A stretch of 48,809 nucleotides of DNA from Sulfurimonas sp. (GTDB lineage Bacteria > Campylobacterota > Campylobacteria > Campylobacterales > Sulfurimonadaceae), in contig JALUXS010000042.1 in assembly GCA_027013185.1 (NCBI GenBank), positions 1 to 48,809 of the forward strand. The letters are read 5' to 3'. Shown here piece after piece: positions 9,872 to 21,430 of the stretch (the stretch's first letter is position 1; each line of letters begins with the position of its first letter). The notes below the pieces were generated by a model that was given only the letters and a program-made list of their open reading frames with translations, was not told where the DNA came from and did no database searches. The translations under genes and the position numbers were made by a program.

Positions 9872-11791
9872 ATGGAAAAATATTTATATATAGCTTTATT
9901 TGCTCCACTTGTTAGTTCTTTGTTCTCGGCACTTTTTACAGCGACACCAAAGAAATTATTTACAGGTATTGTGGCAAGTTTACTGATATTTACATCATTT
10001 ATTGCAAGTACAATACTGCTAGTGCATATACTTAAAGGTGGAGAGCCTATACATGTAACAATGATGACATGGATGGCAACAGGTGATTTATATATTCCTT
10101 TTGGTTTTGTTGTAGATCAGATTTCTGTAACAATGATGATGGTTGTGACTTTGGTTTCAACAGTAGTACATGTATATTCAATAGGATATATGGATCATGA
10201 CAAAGGATTTAATAGATTCTTTTCATGGCTTTCTGCTTTCGTATTTTCAATGATGATTCTTGTCATGAGTGATAATTATGCAGGTCTTTTTATTGGTTGG
10301 GAAGGCGTTGGTCTTTGTTCATGGGGACTCATTGGTTTTTGGTTTCACAAAGAGAGTGCAACATGGGCAGCAAATGAAGCATTTATTATGAACCGTATTG
10401 CCGATCTTGGAATGTTAATTGGACTTTTTTTAATTTATTGGAACACGGGAACACTTCAATATGATGGTGCTTTTACAGCATTTCATGAATTGCCTGCTGC
10501 AACACTTACATGGATTGGAATTTTTCTCTTTATTGGTGCGATGGGTAAATCGGCACAATTTCCACTTCATACTTGGCTTGCCGATGCAATGGAAGGTCCT
10601 ACACCGGTTTCAGCACTTATTCACGCAGCAACAATGGTAACAGCGGGTGTTTATCTTGTTATCCGATCGCATGAGCTTTATAGCTTAATTCCTCATGTTG
10701 GTCTATTTATTGCAAGTCTTGGTACATTTGTGGCAATTTTTGCAGCATCTATGGCACTTGTTAATCGTGATATGAAACGAATTATCGCATATTCTACACT
10801 TTCACAGTTAGGATATATGTTTGCAGCAGCTGGTCTTGGTGCTTACTGGGTGGCACTTTTCCACCTTATGGCACATGCCGGTTTTAAAGCATTACTATTT
10901 TTAGGTGCAGGTAATGTTATGCATGCTATGCATGATGAACTTGATCCATTTAAAATGGGTGGACTCAAAAAAGTGATGAAGTGGACTTGGATTATGATGG
11001 TGATAGGTTCTCTTGCATTGGCTGGTGTTATTCCATTCGCAGGTTTCTTTTCTAAAGATACAATTCTTGAAGCTGCATATTCAGGTAATCACATGGTAAT
11101 TTATGGGGTTTTACTCTTTACAGCAGGTTTAACAGCATTTTATTCATTTAGACTTGTTGCACTTATTTTCCATGGTGAAGAACGTTACAAACTCTTTGGA
11201 ATTCATCCGCATGAAGCGTATAGATTTATGTTATGGGCTATGAGTCCGTTGCTTCTTATTGCTATTGGAGCAGGAGTACTTCAAACACCTTTCTTTGATA
11301 TGGTTGAAGAAGCATTAAATGCACATGAGTATCATATTGCACATGGGACTGCATTGATTATGCTAGTTGGAACACAAATGTTTGTAGGTTTAGCAATCTT
11401 ATATGCCTATAAAAAATATGCAAATTCAAGAGTTACAGTGCCAGATGGTACAAGCAAAATGGAAAACTCTTTTATGTATAAGTTGTTAATTAATCAATAT
11501 TATATTCCTTATGCTTATGAAGAGTATTTTGTAAAACCATATAGAGAATTATCAGAGGTTTTCTGGACGAAAGTTGATTTAAAAATAGTTGATGCGACTG
11601 TTGACGGAATTGCTGCTATTATATATGGTACTGGTGAAAAAACAAGGAAAATGCAAAGTGGTAATTTATCTACTATGCTTACATGGATGGTTGCTGGTCT
11701 AATCGGTTTACTATTATTAGCTGTAGTTTTTGGACTTGCAGCAAGATATTCTGATGAGATTTTAGTATTCTTGTCAGCTTTAGGAGTTTAG
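9872..11791 (+). CDS. nuoL: NADH-quinone oxidoreductase subunit L
   Basis: GKSAQFPLHTWLADAMEGPTPVSALIHAATMVTAG motif. Confidence 0.98.
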   Translation: MEKYLYIALFAPLVSSLFSALFTATPKKLFTGIVASLLIFTSFIASTILLVHILKGGEPIHVTMMTWMATGDLYIPFGFVVDQISVTMMMVVTLVSTVVHVYSIGYMDHDKGFNRFFSWLSAFVFSMMILVMSDNYAGLFIGWEGVGLCSWGLIGFWFHKESATWAANEAFIMNRIADLGMLIGLFLIYWNTGTLQYDGAFTAFHELPAATLTWIGIFLFIGAMGKSAQFPLHTWLADAMEGPTPVSALIHAATMVTAGVYLVIRSHELYSLIPHVGLFIASLGTFVAIFAASMALVNRDMKRIIAYSTLSQLGYMFAAAGLGAYWVALFHLMAHAGFKALLFLGAGNVMHAMHDELDPFKMGGLKKVMKWTWIMMVIGSLALAGVIPFAGFFSKDTILEAAYSGNHMVIYGVLLFTAGLTAFYSFRLVALIFHGEERYKLFGIHPHEAYRFMLWAMSPLLLIAIGAGVLQTPFFDMVEEALNAHEYHIAHGTALIMLVGTQMFVGLAILYAYKKYANSRVTVPDGTSKMENSFMYKLLINQYYIPYAYEEYFVKPYRELSEVFWTKVDLKIVDATVDGIAAIIYGTGEKTRKMQSGNLSTMLTWMVAGLIGLLLLAVVFGLAARYSDEILVFLSALGV

Positions 11792-11794
11792 TAT

Positions 11795-13354
11795 ATGTTA
11801 GATCATATTTTATCGATATTAATTTTCTTTCCAGCATTGGCTGCTGTGTTTGGTTTTATGATACAAAAAGAGAGTATGCGGGTATATGGTGTAGCGGTTG
11901 CTGCCATAGAATTTGCTCTTTCATTATGGCTTTGGTATGCTTTTGATGATAATGTGTCAGGCATGCAGTTTATGGAACATTTACCATTAGTTCCATCTTT
12001 TGGAATTAATTATACATTAGGTGTAGATGGTATTTCATTGTTTATTATCATTCTATCAGCATTTTTTACACTTCTTGGAATCGGTTCTTTAACAGATACT
12101 AAAAAAGTAAAATATATGATTATCACTCTTTTATTTTTGCAAATGACGATGGCCGGTGTTTTTGCAGCCCTTGATGCAATTGTATTTTATACTTTTTGGG
12201 AACTTTCACTTGTACCAATGCTTTATATTATTGGTGCATGGGGTGGACCTTTAAGAATATATGCCTCTATAAAATTCTTTTTATATACATTTGCAGGCTC
12301 ACTTGTAATGCTTGTGGGTATGCTTTTTATGGCATATTTTTATTATCAGGCAACAGGCGTATGGAGCTTTGCATTATTAGATTGGTATAGACTTATATTA
12401 CCGGAGTCATTTCAGTTATGGCTTTTTGTTGCTTTCTTTATTGGTTTTGCCATCAAAGTTCCAATGTTTCCATTTCATACATGGCTACCATATGCACATG
12501 GGCAAGCACCGACAATTGGTTCGGTAATTCTTGCAGCAATTCTTTTAAAAATGGGTACTTATGCATTTGTAAGATTTTCACTGCCATTGTTCCCTGATGC
12601 GTCTGCATTTTTTATGATACCGATTGCTATTTTAGCAGTTATAATGGTTATATATACCGCAATGGTTGCGTATGCACAAAAAGATATGAAGCAGGTCGTC
12701 GCATACTCTTCCATTTCACACATGGGTATTATTATTTTAGGAACATTTGCATTAAATGTTGAAGGTATTTCCGGTTCTATATTTTTAATGCTCGGTCACG
12801 GTGTTGTTGCCGGAGCTCTGTTTTTACTGGTAGGTGTTATTTATGACAGACGACATACAAAAATGATGAGTGAATTTGGTGGTTTGGCACATGTTATGCC
12901 TAGATATGCGACTATATTTGGTATTATGATGATGGCATCAGTTGGTTTACCACTAACTATTAACTTTGTTGGAGAGTTTTTATCTCTCCTTGGTTTTTAT
13001 CAACAATCACACATTTTGACTTTATTAGCAGGTACAGGTATTATCGTCGGTGCAATTTATATGCTTGCAGCTTATAAAAAAGCATTTTTTGGTGAAGTGA
13101 CAAATGAAAAAAATAAAAACCTTCCTGATATCAATAAAAAAGAGCTATTTGGCTTGATTCCGTTAGTAATCGTAGCAATCTGGCTTGGAATTTATCCAAA
13201 ACCTGTTTTAGATCCAATCAACAACAGTGTTAAATCAATTGTACAATTAATGCATAATAAATCTACAACAGAGTTAGCGAAAAAGAGAATTCCTAATTTG
13301 GTGAAACCTAAAGTTGTAGTTATTGATAAAACCATTATAGAGGAGGTTCACTAA
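11795..13354 (+). CDS. nuoM: NADH-quinone oxidoreductase subunit M
   Basis: IKVPMFPFHTWLPYAH, LLKMG and AYSSISHMG motifs. Confidence 0.98.
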   Translation: MLDHILSILIFFPALAAVFGFMIQKESMRVYGVAVAAIEFALSLWLWYAFDDNVSGMQFMEHLPLVPSFGINYTLGVDGISLFIIILSAFFTLLGIGSLTDTKKVKYMIITLLFLQMTMAGVFAALDAIVFYTFWELSLVPMLYIIGAWGGPLRIYASIKFFLYTFAGSLVMLVGMLFMAYFYYQATGVWSFALLDWYRLILPESFQLWLFVAFFIGFAIKVPMFPFHTWLPYAHGQAPTIGSVILAAILLKMGTYAFVRFSLPLFPDASAFFMIPIAILAVIMVIYTAMVAYAQKDMKQVVAYSSISHMGIIILGTFALNVEGISGSIFLMLGHGVVAGALFLLVGVIYDRRHTKMMSEFGGLAHVMPRYATIFGIMMMASVGLPLTINFVGEFLSLLGFYQQSHILTLLAGTGIIVGAIYMLAAYKKAFFGEVTNEKNKNLPDINKKELFGLIPLVIVAIWLGIYPKPVLDPINNSVKSIVQLMHNKSTTELAKKRIPNLVKPKVVVIDKTIIEEVH

Positions 13355-14862
13355 TGTTAGCACCAATCAATATTTCAATGGAGTCATTAAACGTAATGAC
13401 TCTCGCTCCTATGCTGATACCGGTTATAGGTGCCTTACTAATCTTAGTGATAGACGTCTTCAAAGGTGGTCTTCACAAATCACTTTATGTGACGTTAAGT
13501 TTGCTATTTTTGGCAATGGACTTTTTCTCACTACTTGATGCTTCCGGTGTATTTGCCAAAAACGGTACTGTTTTAGGTATGTTTGATGTTATGTTAATCG
13601 ATGGACTAGCCTTGTTAGCTCAGTTTATTATAGTTATAGCTTCAATGCTTTTTATTCCATTAGCTTTAACACATAAGCGTTTTCACGAGTTTTCATATCC
13701 TGAATTTTTTGCATTATTCTTGTTTATGATTTCAGGTTTCCAATTTATGGTTGCAACTGACAATATTATTTTAGTATTTGTGGGATTAGAGACATCTTCT
13801 TTAGCACTGTATACATTAATTGCTATGCATAATAGAGATAAATCATTTGAAGCGGCAGTGAAGTATTTTACAATGGGTGCTTTAGCAGCTGGACTTTTTA
13901 GCTTTGGTGCAATGATTTTTTATGCTCTTACTGGTTCTGTTGAAATTAATAAAATTGCATTGGTGTTGGCCGCAAACGGCTATGCTGATATTGGATATGT
14001 GCTTGTTGGTATTGCTTTTATGTTAGCTGCATTCGCCTTTAAATTATCACTTATTCCATTTCATACATGGGCTCCGGATGTGTATGAAGGCTCATCCGCA
14101 CCAATGGCAGGATATATGTCAATTGTTCCAAAGATTGCTGCTTTTGTAGTTGCTATGAGATTTTTTGAATTTTTAGTGCATAGTGATATTGTATGGCTCA
14201 AGATTGTACTGTATGCCTTTGTCGTTATTACAATGACTGTTTCAAATATGTGGGCTTTAGTACAAACTGATGTAAAGCGTATGCTTGCTTATAGTTCTAT
14301 CTCACATGCAGGTTTTGTTATGGGAGCTATATTAATTGGGACAACACAAGCCAACAGTGCGTTGTTCTTGTACTGGGTATTATTTGCATTTACTAACCTT
14401 GGTGCATTTTCTATGCTGTGGATTTCTCGTCAAAAGAATTTGCCAGCATATCAAATGTCAGATCATTCTTATGATAAATTTGCAGGGATGATTAAAACTG
14501 CACCTGTTGCAGCCCTTATTATGGGTTTGTTTATGTTAAGTTTGGCAGGTGTTCCTCCTTTTGCCCTTTTTTGGGGTAAACTTTATCTGATAAGTTCTGC
14601 AGTAACAAGCGGATATACTGTTTTAGCATTTATTATGGCTCTTAACTCCGCAATTGCAGGATATTACTACTTAAAACTTGTAGTATATATGTTTATGAAA
14701 GAACCTGTTATGGGTAATGATGGGAATATGTATGGGGCAAATGCGACATTGGCATTGAAAACTATTATTGGAATTGCCGCTATAGGAACTATATTTGCTT
14801 TTGTTGCAATAAATCCGCTTTTAGAGTTTATTACAGCTTTTGTATATAATAGTGGATATTAA
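13354..14862 (+). CDS. nuoN: NADH-quinone oxidoreductase subunit N
   Basis: EAAVKYF, FKLSLIPFHTWAPDVYEG and KRMLAYSSISHAG motifs. Confidence 0.98.
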   Translation: MLAPINISMESLNVMTLAPMLIPVIGALLILVIDVFKGGLHKSLYVTLSLLFLAMDFFSLLDASGVFAKNGTVLGMFDVMLIDGLALLAQFIIVIASMLFIPLALTHKRFHEFSYPEFFALFLFMISGFQFMVATDNIILVFVGLETSSLALYTLIAMHNRDKSFEAAVKYFTMGALAAGLFSFGAMIFYALTGSVEINKIALVLAANGYADIGYVLVGIAFMLAAFAFKLSLIPFHTWAPDVYEGSSAPMAGYMSIVPKIAAFVVAMRFFEFLVHSDIVWLKIVLYAFVVITMTVSNMWALVQTDVKRMLAYSSISHAGFVMGAILIGTTQANSALFLYWVLFAFTNLGAFSMLWISRQKNLPAYQMSDHSYDKFAGMIKTAPVAALIMGLFMLSLAGVPPFALFWGKLYLISSAVTSGYTVLAFIMALNSAIAGYYYLKLVVYMFMKEPVMGNDGNMYGANATLALKTIIGIAAIGTIFAFVAINPLLEFITAFVYNSGY

Positions 14863-14895
14863 TAGTTATTTATTACTTCTAAAGGGAGAGAGAAA

Positions 14896-17250
14896 TTGTT
14901 AAAATGGATACTCTTGGCCTTTATATTCAGCAACTCTTTTGCACTCGAAATATCTATTGATAGTGCAAAAGACAACTTCATTAAATACTCTACGCTTGAT
15001 ATACAAGACTCTCAAAAATTTACATGTAAAGAATTCAAAAATGATTTTAAGGAAGTAACAAAAGTAATTTGTGCATTTTCTAAAAGACCATCAAGAAATA
15101 TTAAGCATATTCAAAATGACTTTTTTAAAGTAGACACTATTGTTAAAAAAAATAAATTTTATTTAATAATAAAGCCATTTTATAAAATGAAACTTTTGGC
15201 AGATATTTTTGATTTAACTGTAGATAGTACTGTTTTTGAGGCAAATGTAAAGAGTGCAAAAAGATGGACTGTGATAGGGTTTAAAAAGAATATTCCTTTA
15301 TTTAAAAAAGAAGATGTTTCTGCCATAGCACTCAATTTTCCTTTTACTTTAGACAAAGATAAACTCCCCTTTGTAGGAAGTTTGGATTTAGAAGGTAAGC
15401 CTGTATATATTAAAGAAGTAGAAGATGTAAAAGAGTACTTAAAAGTTAAAAAACAGTATAAACAAAAAGAGTATGATTCATGTTTAGAAACTATTGATGA
15501 TGTATTAAAGTCTTATCCAAACACACTTTTTAAAGCAGAATTGCTTTATTATAAAATTATGGTAAATGCAAAACTGAAAGATTGGGATAATGTCATTAGT
15601 TATGCAAAAAATTTCTTGCTAGAATACTCTTCTGATGTAAATGTACCTCATGTTCTTGCATTACTAGCAAGAAGTTATGCGAAACAAAGTCAAAATACAG
15701 ATGCCGATTATTTTTTTGACCGCCTTTTTACAGAGCATAAGCAAAGTAAGTATGCAAAATTAGGATATATCTATAAAGGCGAAATGCTGGAAGATTCAGG
15801 AGCTGTATCGAAGGCTCTAGAGTATTATAAAAAAGCTTTGTATACAACAGCTGATGTGGAGGTAGCAGCAAATGCTGCCTATCATCTTGCAGCAATATAC
15901 CTTTCAAACAATGAAAAAGAGGCACCGCAATATATAGATAAAATTATTCAGGCAAAGCCAGATTATTTTATGGAAGACTTTAAAGCATCGCAAAAAATGA
16001 TGCAAAAATTTGCAGATAAAGGCTATTATAAAACGGCTGGGGCAATAGCAAATGCCATTCTTCAAGCAATAAATCCGAGTTATGATGAATATGAGGGTAT
16101 ATTAAAAGACAGAGCATTATGGCTGGCTAAAACAAAAGATAAGAAAAAGGCTTTAGCTGCATTAAATGAGTATTTGAAAAAATTTCCTGACGGTGATTTT
16201 GTTGATGCCGTGCAGACAGCTAAAGATTCGCTCTTTTTTGAAACGTCTGATGCAAATACAACAGCTAAGTTAGCAGAGTTCAATAAACTCATTGGGGAGT
16301 ATCAAAATGACAGCATTGGCAAACGGGCCATATATGAAAAAGCCAAACTCCTTCTAAAAGAAAAAATGTTTGCTAAAGTATTGGATTTACAAGATGATTT
16401 GAATGCTTTAGATAAAGATACGTATCCGGATGCCAAGGGTATTATAGAAGATGCGGCTGTTGGAGAGATGGAAGCATCACTCTCAGAGAAAAATTGTAAA
16501 CAGGTTCTTGTTATATCTAAAGAATACAATATTACACTCTCAGATAAATGGGATGATGGTATTTATGATTGTGCCATGATGGGTGGTGATTTTAAACTTT
16601 CAAAAAGTATAGCCTCAAAACATCTTAAATCAAAAGAGTTAAATAAACGTGAGAAATGGCTCTATAGGTATGTAAAAGTAGATTTTGCTACAGGGAATTA
16701 CAGTGAGCTTGTTGATGCTGCAAAAGATTTGATTATACTTATACAAGGTGATAAAAATTCACCCTATAAAAATATATATAGATATCTATTTGATACATAC
16801 AGCAGACTTGAACAAGCAAATAATATGATAAACACCATGGCTAAAATCGAAGATTTATATGGACTTGATTATAGAGATATAGACCGATATGTTGCCATGG
16901 TAACACTAGGTAGCCAAAGAGATGATGATACTATGGTTATAAAATATGCTGATAAAGTCATGAAAATACAAGAAAAATCGCATTCATATGCACAAAGTCC
17001 TTATATTGAATTTGTCCTTTATCAGGCATATATGGAGAAAAAAGAGTATAACAAAGCATTATCAGTTATAAAATCTTTAGATGCCATTACATTAAAAAAG
17101 ACTCTGCGAGCACGACAAAAATATTTACTCGGAAGTGTCTTGGCCAAACTGTGGAGAGATACTGCAGCGAAAAAAGCTTATAATGCAGCAATAAACGCCG
17201 ACCCAAAATCTTCTTGGGCAAAGCTTGCAAAAAGTGCTTTAACCCTTTAA
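14896..17250 (+). CDS. pflA: Paralysed flagella protein A (secreted TPR protein, flagellar motor scaffold)
   Basis: Signal peptide, N-terminal beta domain then TPR-like helical repeats, 784 aa. Directly after nuoN, as pflA is in Campylobacter jejuni. Confidence 0.8.
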   Translation: MLKWILLAFIFSNSFALEISIDSAKDNFIKYSTLDIQDSQKFTCKEFKNDFKEVTKVICAFSKRPSRNIKHIQNDFFKVDTIVKKNKFYLIIKPFYKMKLLADIFDLTVDSTVFEANVKSAKRWTVIGFKKNIPLFKKEDVSAIALNFPFTLDKDKLPFVGSLDLEGKPVYIKEVEDVKEYLKVKKQYKQKEYDSCLETIDDVLKSYPNTLFKAELLYYKIMVNAKLKDWDNVISYAKNFLLEYSSDVNVPHVLALLARSYAKQSQNTDADYFFDRLFTEHKQSKYAKLGYIYKGEMLEDSGAVSKALEYYKKALYTTADVEVAANAAYHLAAIYLSNNEKEAPQYIDKIIQAKPDYFMEDFKASQKMMQKFADKGYYKTAGAIANAILQAINPSYDEYEGILKDRALWLAKTKDKKKALAALNEYLKKFPDGDFVDAVQTAKDSLFFETSDANTTAKLAEFNKLIGEYQNDSIGKRAIYEKAKLLLKEKMFAKVLDLQDDLNALDKDTYPDAKGIIEDAAVGEMEASLSEKNCKQVLVISKEYNITLSDKWDDGIYDCAMMGGDFKLSKSIASKHLKSKELNKREKWLYRYVKVDFATGNYSELVDAAKDLIILIQGDKNSPYKNIYRYLFDTYSRLEQANNMINTMAKIEDLYGLDYRDIDRYVAMVTLGSQRDDDTMVIKYADKVMKIQEKSHSYAQSPYIEFVLYQAYMEKKEYNKALSVIKSLDAITLKKTLRARQKYLLGSVLAKLWRDTAAKKAYNAAINADPKSSWAKLAKSALTL

Positions 17251-17257
17251 ACTATTT

Positions 17258-18025
17258 TTAGAGTTCTAAACAATCACTAATGCTGTAAAGTCCTGCTTCT
17301 TTGTCTGCTAACCATTTTCCGGCACGCAGGGCACCTTTTGAAAAGGTATTTCTTGATGTCGCTGTGTGGTTAAGCTCTATAAATTCACCGTCATTATAAA
17401 AACCTACTGTATGACGACCTACTATATCTCCACCGCGGAGTGCCATAACTGCTATTTCGTCTTTGCTTCTCTCACCAATATTACCGTCTCGACCACTTAC
17501 ACGAACTTTGTTTAAGTCTAATCCTCTAGCTGCTGCAGCTGATTCACTCAAAGTCAAGGCTGTACCGCTTGGAGCATCTTTTTTATGTCTATGATGCATT
17601 TCAACTATTTCTATATCAAAATCGCTTAAAGCGGCTGAAGCTTGATATACAAGTTTATTGAGTAATGCCACACCTAAAGACATATTTGTCGCATATAAAA
17701 TAGGCATTAATTCACTTGCTTGTTTGAGTAGATTGAGCTGATGAGTGTTAAGGCCTGTAGTTCCAATAACAAGAGGTTTTGGTGTTTGCATGGCACCTTC
17801 TAGTAAAACCTCACAGGCATCAGGCAATGAAAAATCTATAATAATATCACAGGCATGTAAAAATGCTTGCATATCTGAAGTCACTAATACTTCAGGGTCT
17901 ATTGAAAAATCAAGTGAATGTCTAACAAATACAGCACTTAGATTCATTTCATCTGTAGTTTTCAAATCTTCGAGTAAAAGTCTACCAACCCTACCGCTAG
18001 CACCAAAAACGCCAACTTTTATCAT
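17258..18025 (-). CDS. dapB: 4-hydroxy-tetrahydrodipicolinate reductase
   Basis: GASGRVG, VIGTTG and [15 protein letters not shown] motifs. Confidence 0.98.
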   Translation of the reverse strand: MIKVGVFGASGRVGRLLLEDLKTTDEMNLSAVFVRHSLDFSIDPEVLVTSDMQAFLHACDIIIDFSLPDACEVLLEGAMQTPKPLVIGTTGLNTHQLNLLKQASELMPILYATNMSLGVALLNKLVYQASAALSDFDIEIVEMHHRHKKDAPSGTALTLSESAAAARGLDLNKVRVSGRDGNIGERSKDEIAVMALRGGDIVGRHTVGFYNDGEFIELNHTATSRNTFSKGALRAGKWLADKEAGLYSISDCLEL

Positions 18026-18052
18026 AATTGTATCCTTATTTTTTCTGCTGTT

Positions 18053-18061
18053 ATGATAGCA
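18053..18061 (-). promoter_or_regulatory. Putative extended -10 (TGCTATCAT) for dapB
   Basis: Near match to TGnTATAAT, 27 nt upstream of the dapB ATG; AAGGA SD in between. Confidence 0.45.
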
Positions 18062-18066
18062 AAATA

Positions 18067-19320
18067 TTACTCAAATACTACTTTCTTTTTTATGTATTCA
18101 TTATAATATTTTAAAGCAGTTACTATGTTTATAAAAAGTAAAATAGCTGAAAAGAAAAATACTGCTGCAGCTATTATTATAAAAGAGTGAAAAAACGGCA
18201 CAAATAGAAAAAGAGAAAATGAAAGAAAATATAAATTTACTTGATATGTCATCCATTTCTTACGAATAACATTGCCCATTTCTGCTTCAAAAACCATATT
18301 TGAACTAAGATGAAACCATGTTAAAAAAGGAATGATTTTATAGAGCATCGCATTGATTAAGGGGTATATACCACCAAAGAGGGCTAAAAACCCAATAAAA
18401 ATATATATATCTACATGTAGAATACTAGCGTATATAAAAAGTGTGGCTGAGAGTATTGTATTACTCATTGCAAAATACCATAAATTGACGCTTATATCTT
18501 TTCTTGCTCTTTTTCTCTGTTTTAAAATTTTTATACTAAAAATTGCAAAAAGAATCACGCAAGAACTTAAAAGAATTTTTATAATGGTAAGCATAAAAAT
18601 ATTTTCTTGAATCTGGGCATAGGCAAATAAAAGGAGTAGTATAAGTTGCAAAATGTAAAGTCTTTTTTGCAAAATAAGTGAAAATTCTTTGGCTACAAAA
18701 AACATTGGTATGATTTTATATGATACCGACATTATAAGTATAAATACCCAGCCAAAGAGCATAAAAGCAATGTGAATATTGCCATATTTTACAGAATCTA
18801 CAAATCCAAAATGCCCAAGTAATGCTGTAAAGCCAAAAGCCGTAGCAAAAATAAGGGCAATAAAGGAGGCTATAAAATTTTGTACAAGTGCATTAAACTC
18901 CTTACTTAAAAAAATAGTTTTAAGAGAAATGAAACAAAAATAGAAAAATATTCCTGCTAAAAATATGCCTCCGAGTCCTAACATATAGGTAATATTTGTT
19001 AAAAATCCAAGAATAAAAAAGGAGAGTCCAATATTTAAAAAACTATAGATTATTTTTGCATTTTTTACTACTTTTGTGTAAGCAACACTGAGCATGACGG
19101 GCATCATTTGAAAAAGAGAACCGAACATTATATGCGTAATAAAACCAAGAGTAAATATATGCGTAAGAGCAATTACTTCATAATCATATCTTGAATATAC
19201 ATGTAAAGTGTATATTGGTGTTATTATTGAAAGTACAATAAGATACAGCGAAGCTGTAAGATAAAATTTTATGGGAATAGTATAGGGTGGTGCCTGATCA
19301 AGTGTTAAACCTTGAAACAT
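18067..19320 (-). CDS. Polytopic membrane protein (about 12 TM; heme-copper-oxidase-subunit-I-like/NnrS-like family)
   Basis: Repeated H-x3-LG(F/W)...(Q/K)-x2-P motifs ([12 protein letters not shown]; [15 protein letters not shown]; [10 protein letters not shown]). Confidence 0.65.
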   Translation of the reverse strand: MFQGLTLDQAPPYTIPIKFYLTASLYLIVLSIITPIYTLHVYSRYDYEVIALTHIFTLGFITHIMFGSLFQMMPVMLSVAYTKVVKNAKIIYSFLNIGLSFFILGFLTNITYMLGLGGIFLAGIFFYFCFISLKTIFLSKEFNALVQNFIASFIALIFATAFGFTALLGHFGFVDSVKYGNIHIAFMLFGWVFILIMSVSYKIIPMFFVAKEFSLILQKRLYILQLILLLLFAYAQIQENIFMLTIIKILLSSCVILFAIFSIKILKQRKRARKDISVNLWYFAMSNTILSATLFIYASILHVDIYIFIGFLALFGGIYPLINAMLYKIIPFLTWFHLSSNMVFEAEMGNVIRKKWMTYQVNLYFLSFSLFLFVPFFHSFIIIAAAVFFFSAILLFINIVTALKYYNEYIKKKVVFE

Positions 19321-19544
19321 TATTTGTAAATTCTCATTTCAAACTCATTTTCTTCTTCTTTTGTGATGTCAAATTGTAATTGTAAAGCCAAAATATTTTG
19401 GTAAAGCATTTGAGGATTCATACGATGCCGAAATATTAATATTTCATTATCTTTTAAAATATTTAAGGCATTTATGGCTTCTACGAGAGGGTAAGGAGCT
19501 TCAAGCTCACTTACATCTAAAATAATTTCTTTTTTAGTTTCCAT
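19320..19544 (-). CDS. DUF2249/TusA(SirA)-like small protein
   Basis: LDVSELEAPYPL...HRMNPQML pattern; lacks the TusA Cys. ATG at 19544 preferred. Confidence 0.7.
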   Translation of the reverse strand: METKKEIILDVSELEAPYPLVEAINALNILKDNEILIFRHRMNPQMLYQNILALQLQFDITKEEENEFEMRIYK

Positions 19545-19974
19545 AACTTTGCAGTTTCTCAACTATTTCTTGAGTATTTTCAGCTAATGTATTATTCATC
19601 ATAGTATAGAGCATTTGCTCTTCTTTGAGGTTGTGTTGTTGTAATAAAATATTCATAGATTCACCAAGAGAAAAGGCTCGATCCGTATCATGTTCTTTAT
19701 AAGCGTCATCCATCTTTTCAAAGAGTGCTTTAGCTTGGGCATGTTCCATTCTCATAACATTAGTCGGCCCCATGCTACCCATACCTGATTTGTCTTCTAA
19801 AAGAGGAAACAGATACTCTTCTTCCATTGCAAAATGTAGTAATGTTTGGGTTTTAAATGCGTCATATTTATTGTGTGCCTCTTCAAACTTTTTATTATCA
19901 AGCAAATCTTCAGCTTGTGTTAAAAGATGGTCACATTCTCTATGCATATTTGTCATAAAATCTTTTATAGTCAT
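19534..19974 (-). CDS. Hemerythrin-domain (di-iron HHE) protein
   Basis: H..; HFAMEEEYLFP; MRMEH; QHNLKEEQMLY. Confidence 0.92.
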   Translation of the reverse strand: MTIKDFMTNMHRECDHLLTQAEDLLDNKKFEEAHNKYDAFKTQTLLHFAMEEEYLFPLLEDKSGMGSMGPTNVMRMEHAQAKALFEKMDDAYKEHDTDRAFSLGESMNILLQQHNLKEEQMLYTMMNNTLAENTQEIVEKLQSYGN

Positions 19975-19983
19975 TTGTCTTCC

Positions 19984-20925
19984 TTAATTTAGTAATTCAT
20001 CAACATATGAAATTGCACTTAGTGCCGCAACTGCACCATCACCAGCAGCTGAAACAACCTGTTTAGGAGCTTGTATTCGTATATCGCCTGCAGCATGTAA
20101 ACCCGGCACAGAAGTCTTCATAGATAAATCTACAATTACCTGTCCTTGTGCATTCATATCACATAAAAAAGTTCCGTCTTCTTGTATAAGCGTTTGGTTG
20201 TTTACATTATTGCCAACAAATGTGAAAACTCCAGGAACTGAGATATCTCTAATCTCCCCCTCTTTATTTTTTACTTTTATGCCATTAACACCGCTCGCAT
20301 CACCATATACTTCATCAGGTACAGAGTTTAAGACAAGTTCTATTTTTTCATTTTCTTGTATTCTTTTAACAGTATTTGGAGAAGCACGAAATGTATCACG
20401 TCTATGAATTAAATATACTTTTGTACATATTTTTGCCAGATAAAGTGCTTCTTCAAGGGCGGTGTCACCGCCACCAATCACAGCTACTTCTTTGCCTTTA
20501 TAAAAAAATCCGTCACAAGTAGCACAAGTGCTTACACCTTTACCAAAGAATTTTTCTTCACCATTAAATCCTGCACGGCGAGGAGATGAACCGGTGCATA
20601 CTATGGCACTATATGCTTGAATACTTGTTCCATCTGATTTTGTAATAGTAAAAACATCATCTTTTTTACTAATTCGACTGACTTCAGCCATATCATGCTT
20701 GAGACCAAATTTTTGACACTGCTCGGGCCATGGCATCATTAAATCCATACCTGTGATATCCCCTGTAACACCAGGGTAGTTTTCTATTTCAGAACTTTGG
20801 GTGATTTGTCCACCGGGCATTCCCTTTTCAAACATTGTAACATTTTCAAGTCCACCGCGTGTTGTATAAAGTCCTGCGGTAAGACCGGCAGGTCCTCCGC
20901 CTATAATAGCGCAATCTAATATCAT
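19984..20925 (-). CDS. trxB: Thioredoxin reductase
   Basis: GGGPAG, CATCDG, GGGDTA and HRRD motifs. Confidence 0.98.
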   Translation of the reverse strand: MILDCAIIGGGPAGLTAGLYTTRGGLENVTMFEKGMPGGQITQSSEIENYPGVTGDITGMDLMMPWPEQCQKFGLKHDMAEVSRISKKDDVFTITKSDGTSIQAYSAIVCTGSSPRRAGFNGEEKFFGKGVSTCATCDGFFYKGKEVAVIGGGDTALEEALYLAKICTKVYLIHRRDTFRASPNTVKRIQENEKIELVLNSVPDEVYGDASGVNGIKVKNKEGEIRDISVPGVFTFVGNNVNNQTLIQEDGTFLCDMNAQGQVIVDLSMKTSVPGLHAAGDIRIQAPKQVVSAAGDGAVAALSAISYVDELLN

Positions 20926-21413
20926 AATCTTTGCTCCTTTAAGGTATCTAATGCATCTAAATTATCAAGTTTTCGTATCATACTATCTTGTTTATAAAGA
21001 GAATCTTTTACTTTCTTTATAAAAAAAATAGATGGTGAATTGTATATATTGAATCTTTGTATAAATTTGAGTGATGTATTGGTTCCGCTTCTTAAAAAAG
21101 TAGTATGTGTACTGTTTTTTCGTATCCTGTTATAGTAATCTATGGCAAGAATTGGTAGATGAAGGTCGAGATTTGCAAGTTTTTGCATTGTCCCTTTCTC
21201 TTTTGACGAGTAAAAAACAACAATATACTTTTCTTTGTTAGGTTTAAAAACATCGCTTTTTTCATAATAGGCAAAATCTTTGAAATCAATAAACTTATAC
21301 TCTGAAAATTTGTAATTAAAGTAGGCAAAAGCACCAGCAATCATTGCTGCACCAAAAAAAGAAGCGAGAAGTGTGGACAGAGAAAAGAGACTTTTACCCC
21401 CTTTTCTTGCCAC
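20922..21413 (-). CDS. Membrane-anchored hypothetical protein, possibly a thioredoxin-like fold without CxxC
   Basis: N-terminal TM helix; YIVVFYS and [12 protein letters not shown] resemble the Trx beta-strand and cis-Pro loop; GTG start; lies between trxA and trxB. Confidence 0.6.
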   Translation of the reverse strand: MARKGGKSLFSLSTLLASFFGAAMIAGAFAYFNYKFSEYKFIDFKDFAYYEKSDVFKPNKEKYIVVFYSSKEKGTMQKLANLDLHLPILAIDYYNRIRKNSTHTTFLRSGTNTSLKFIQRFNIYNSPSIFFIKKVKDSLYKQDSMIRKLDNLDALDTLKEQRL

Positions 21414-21430
21414 TGGTTAATACTCTGTAA

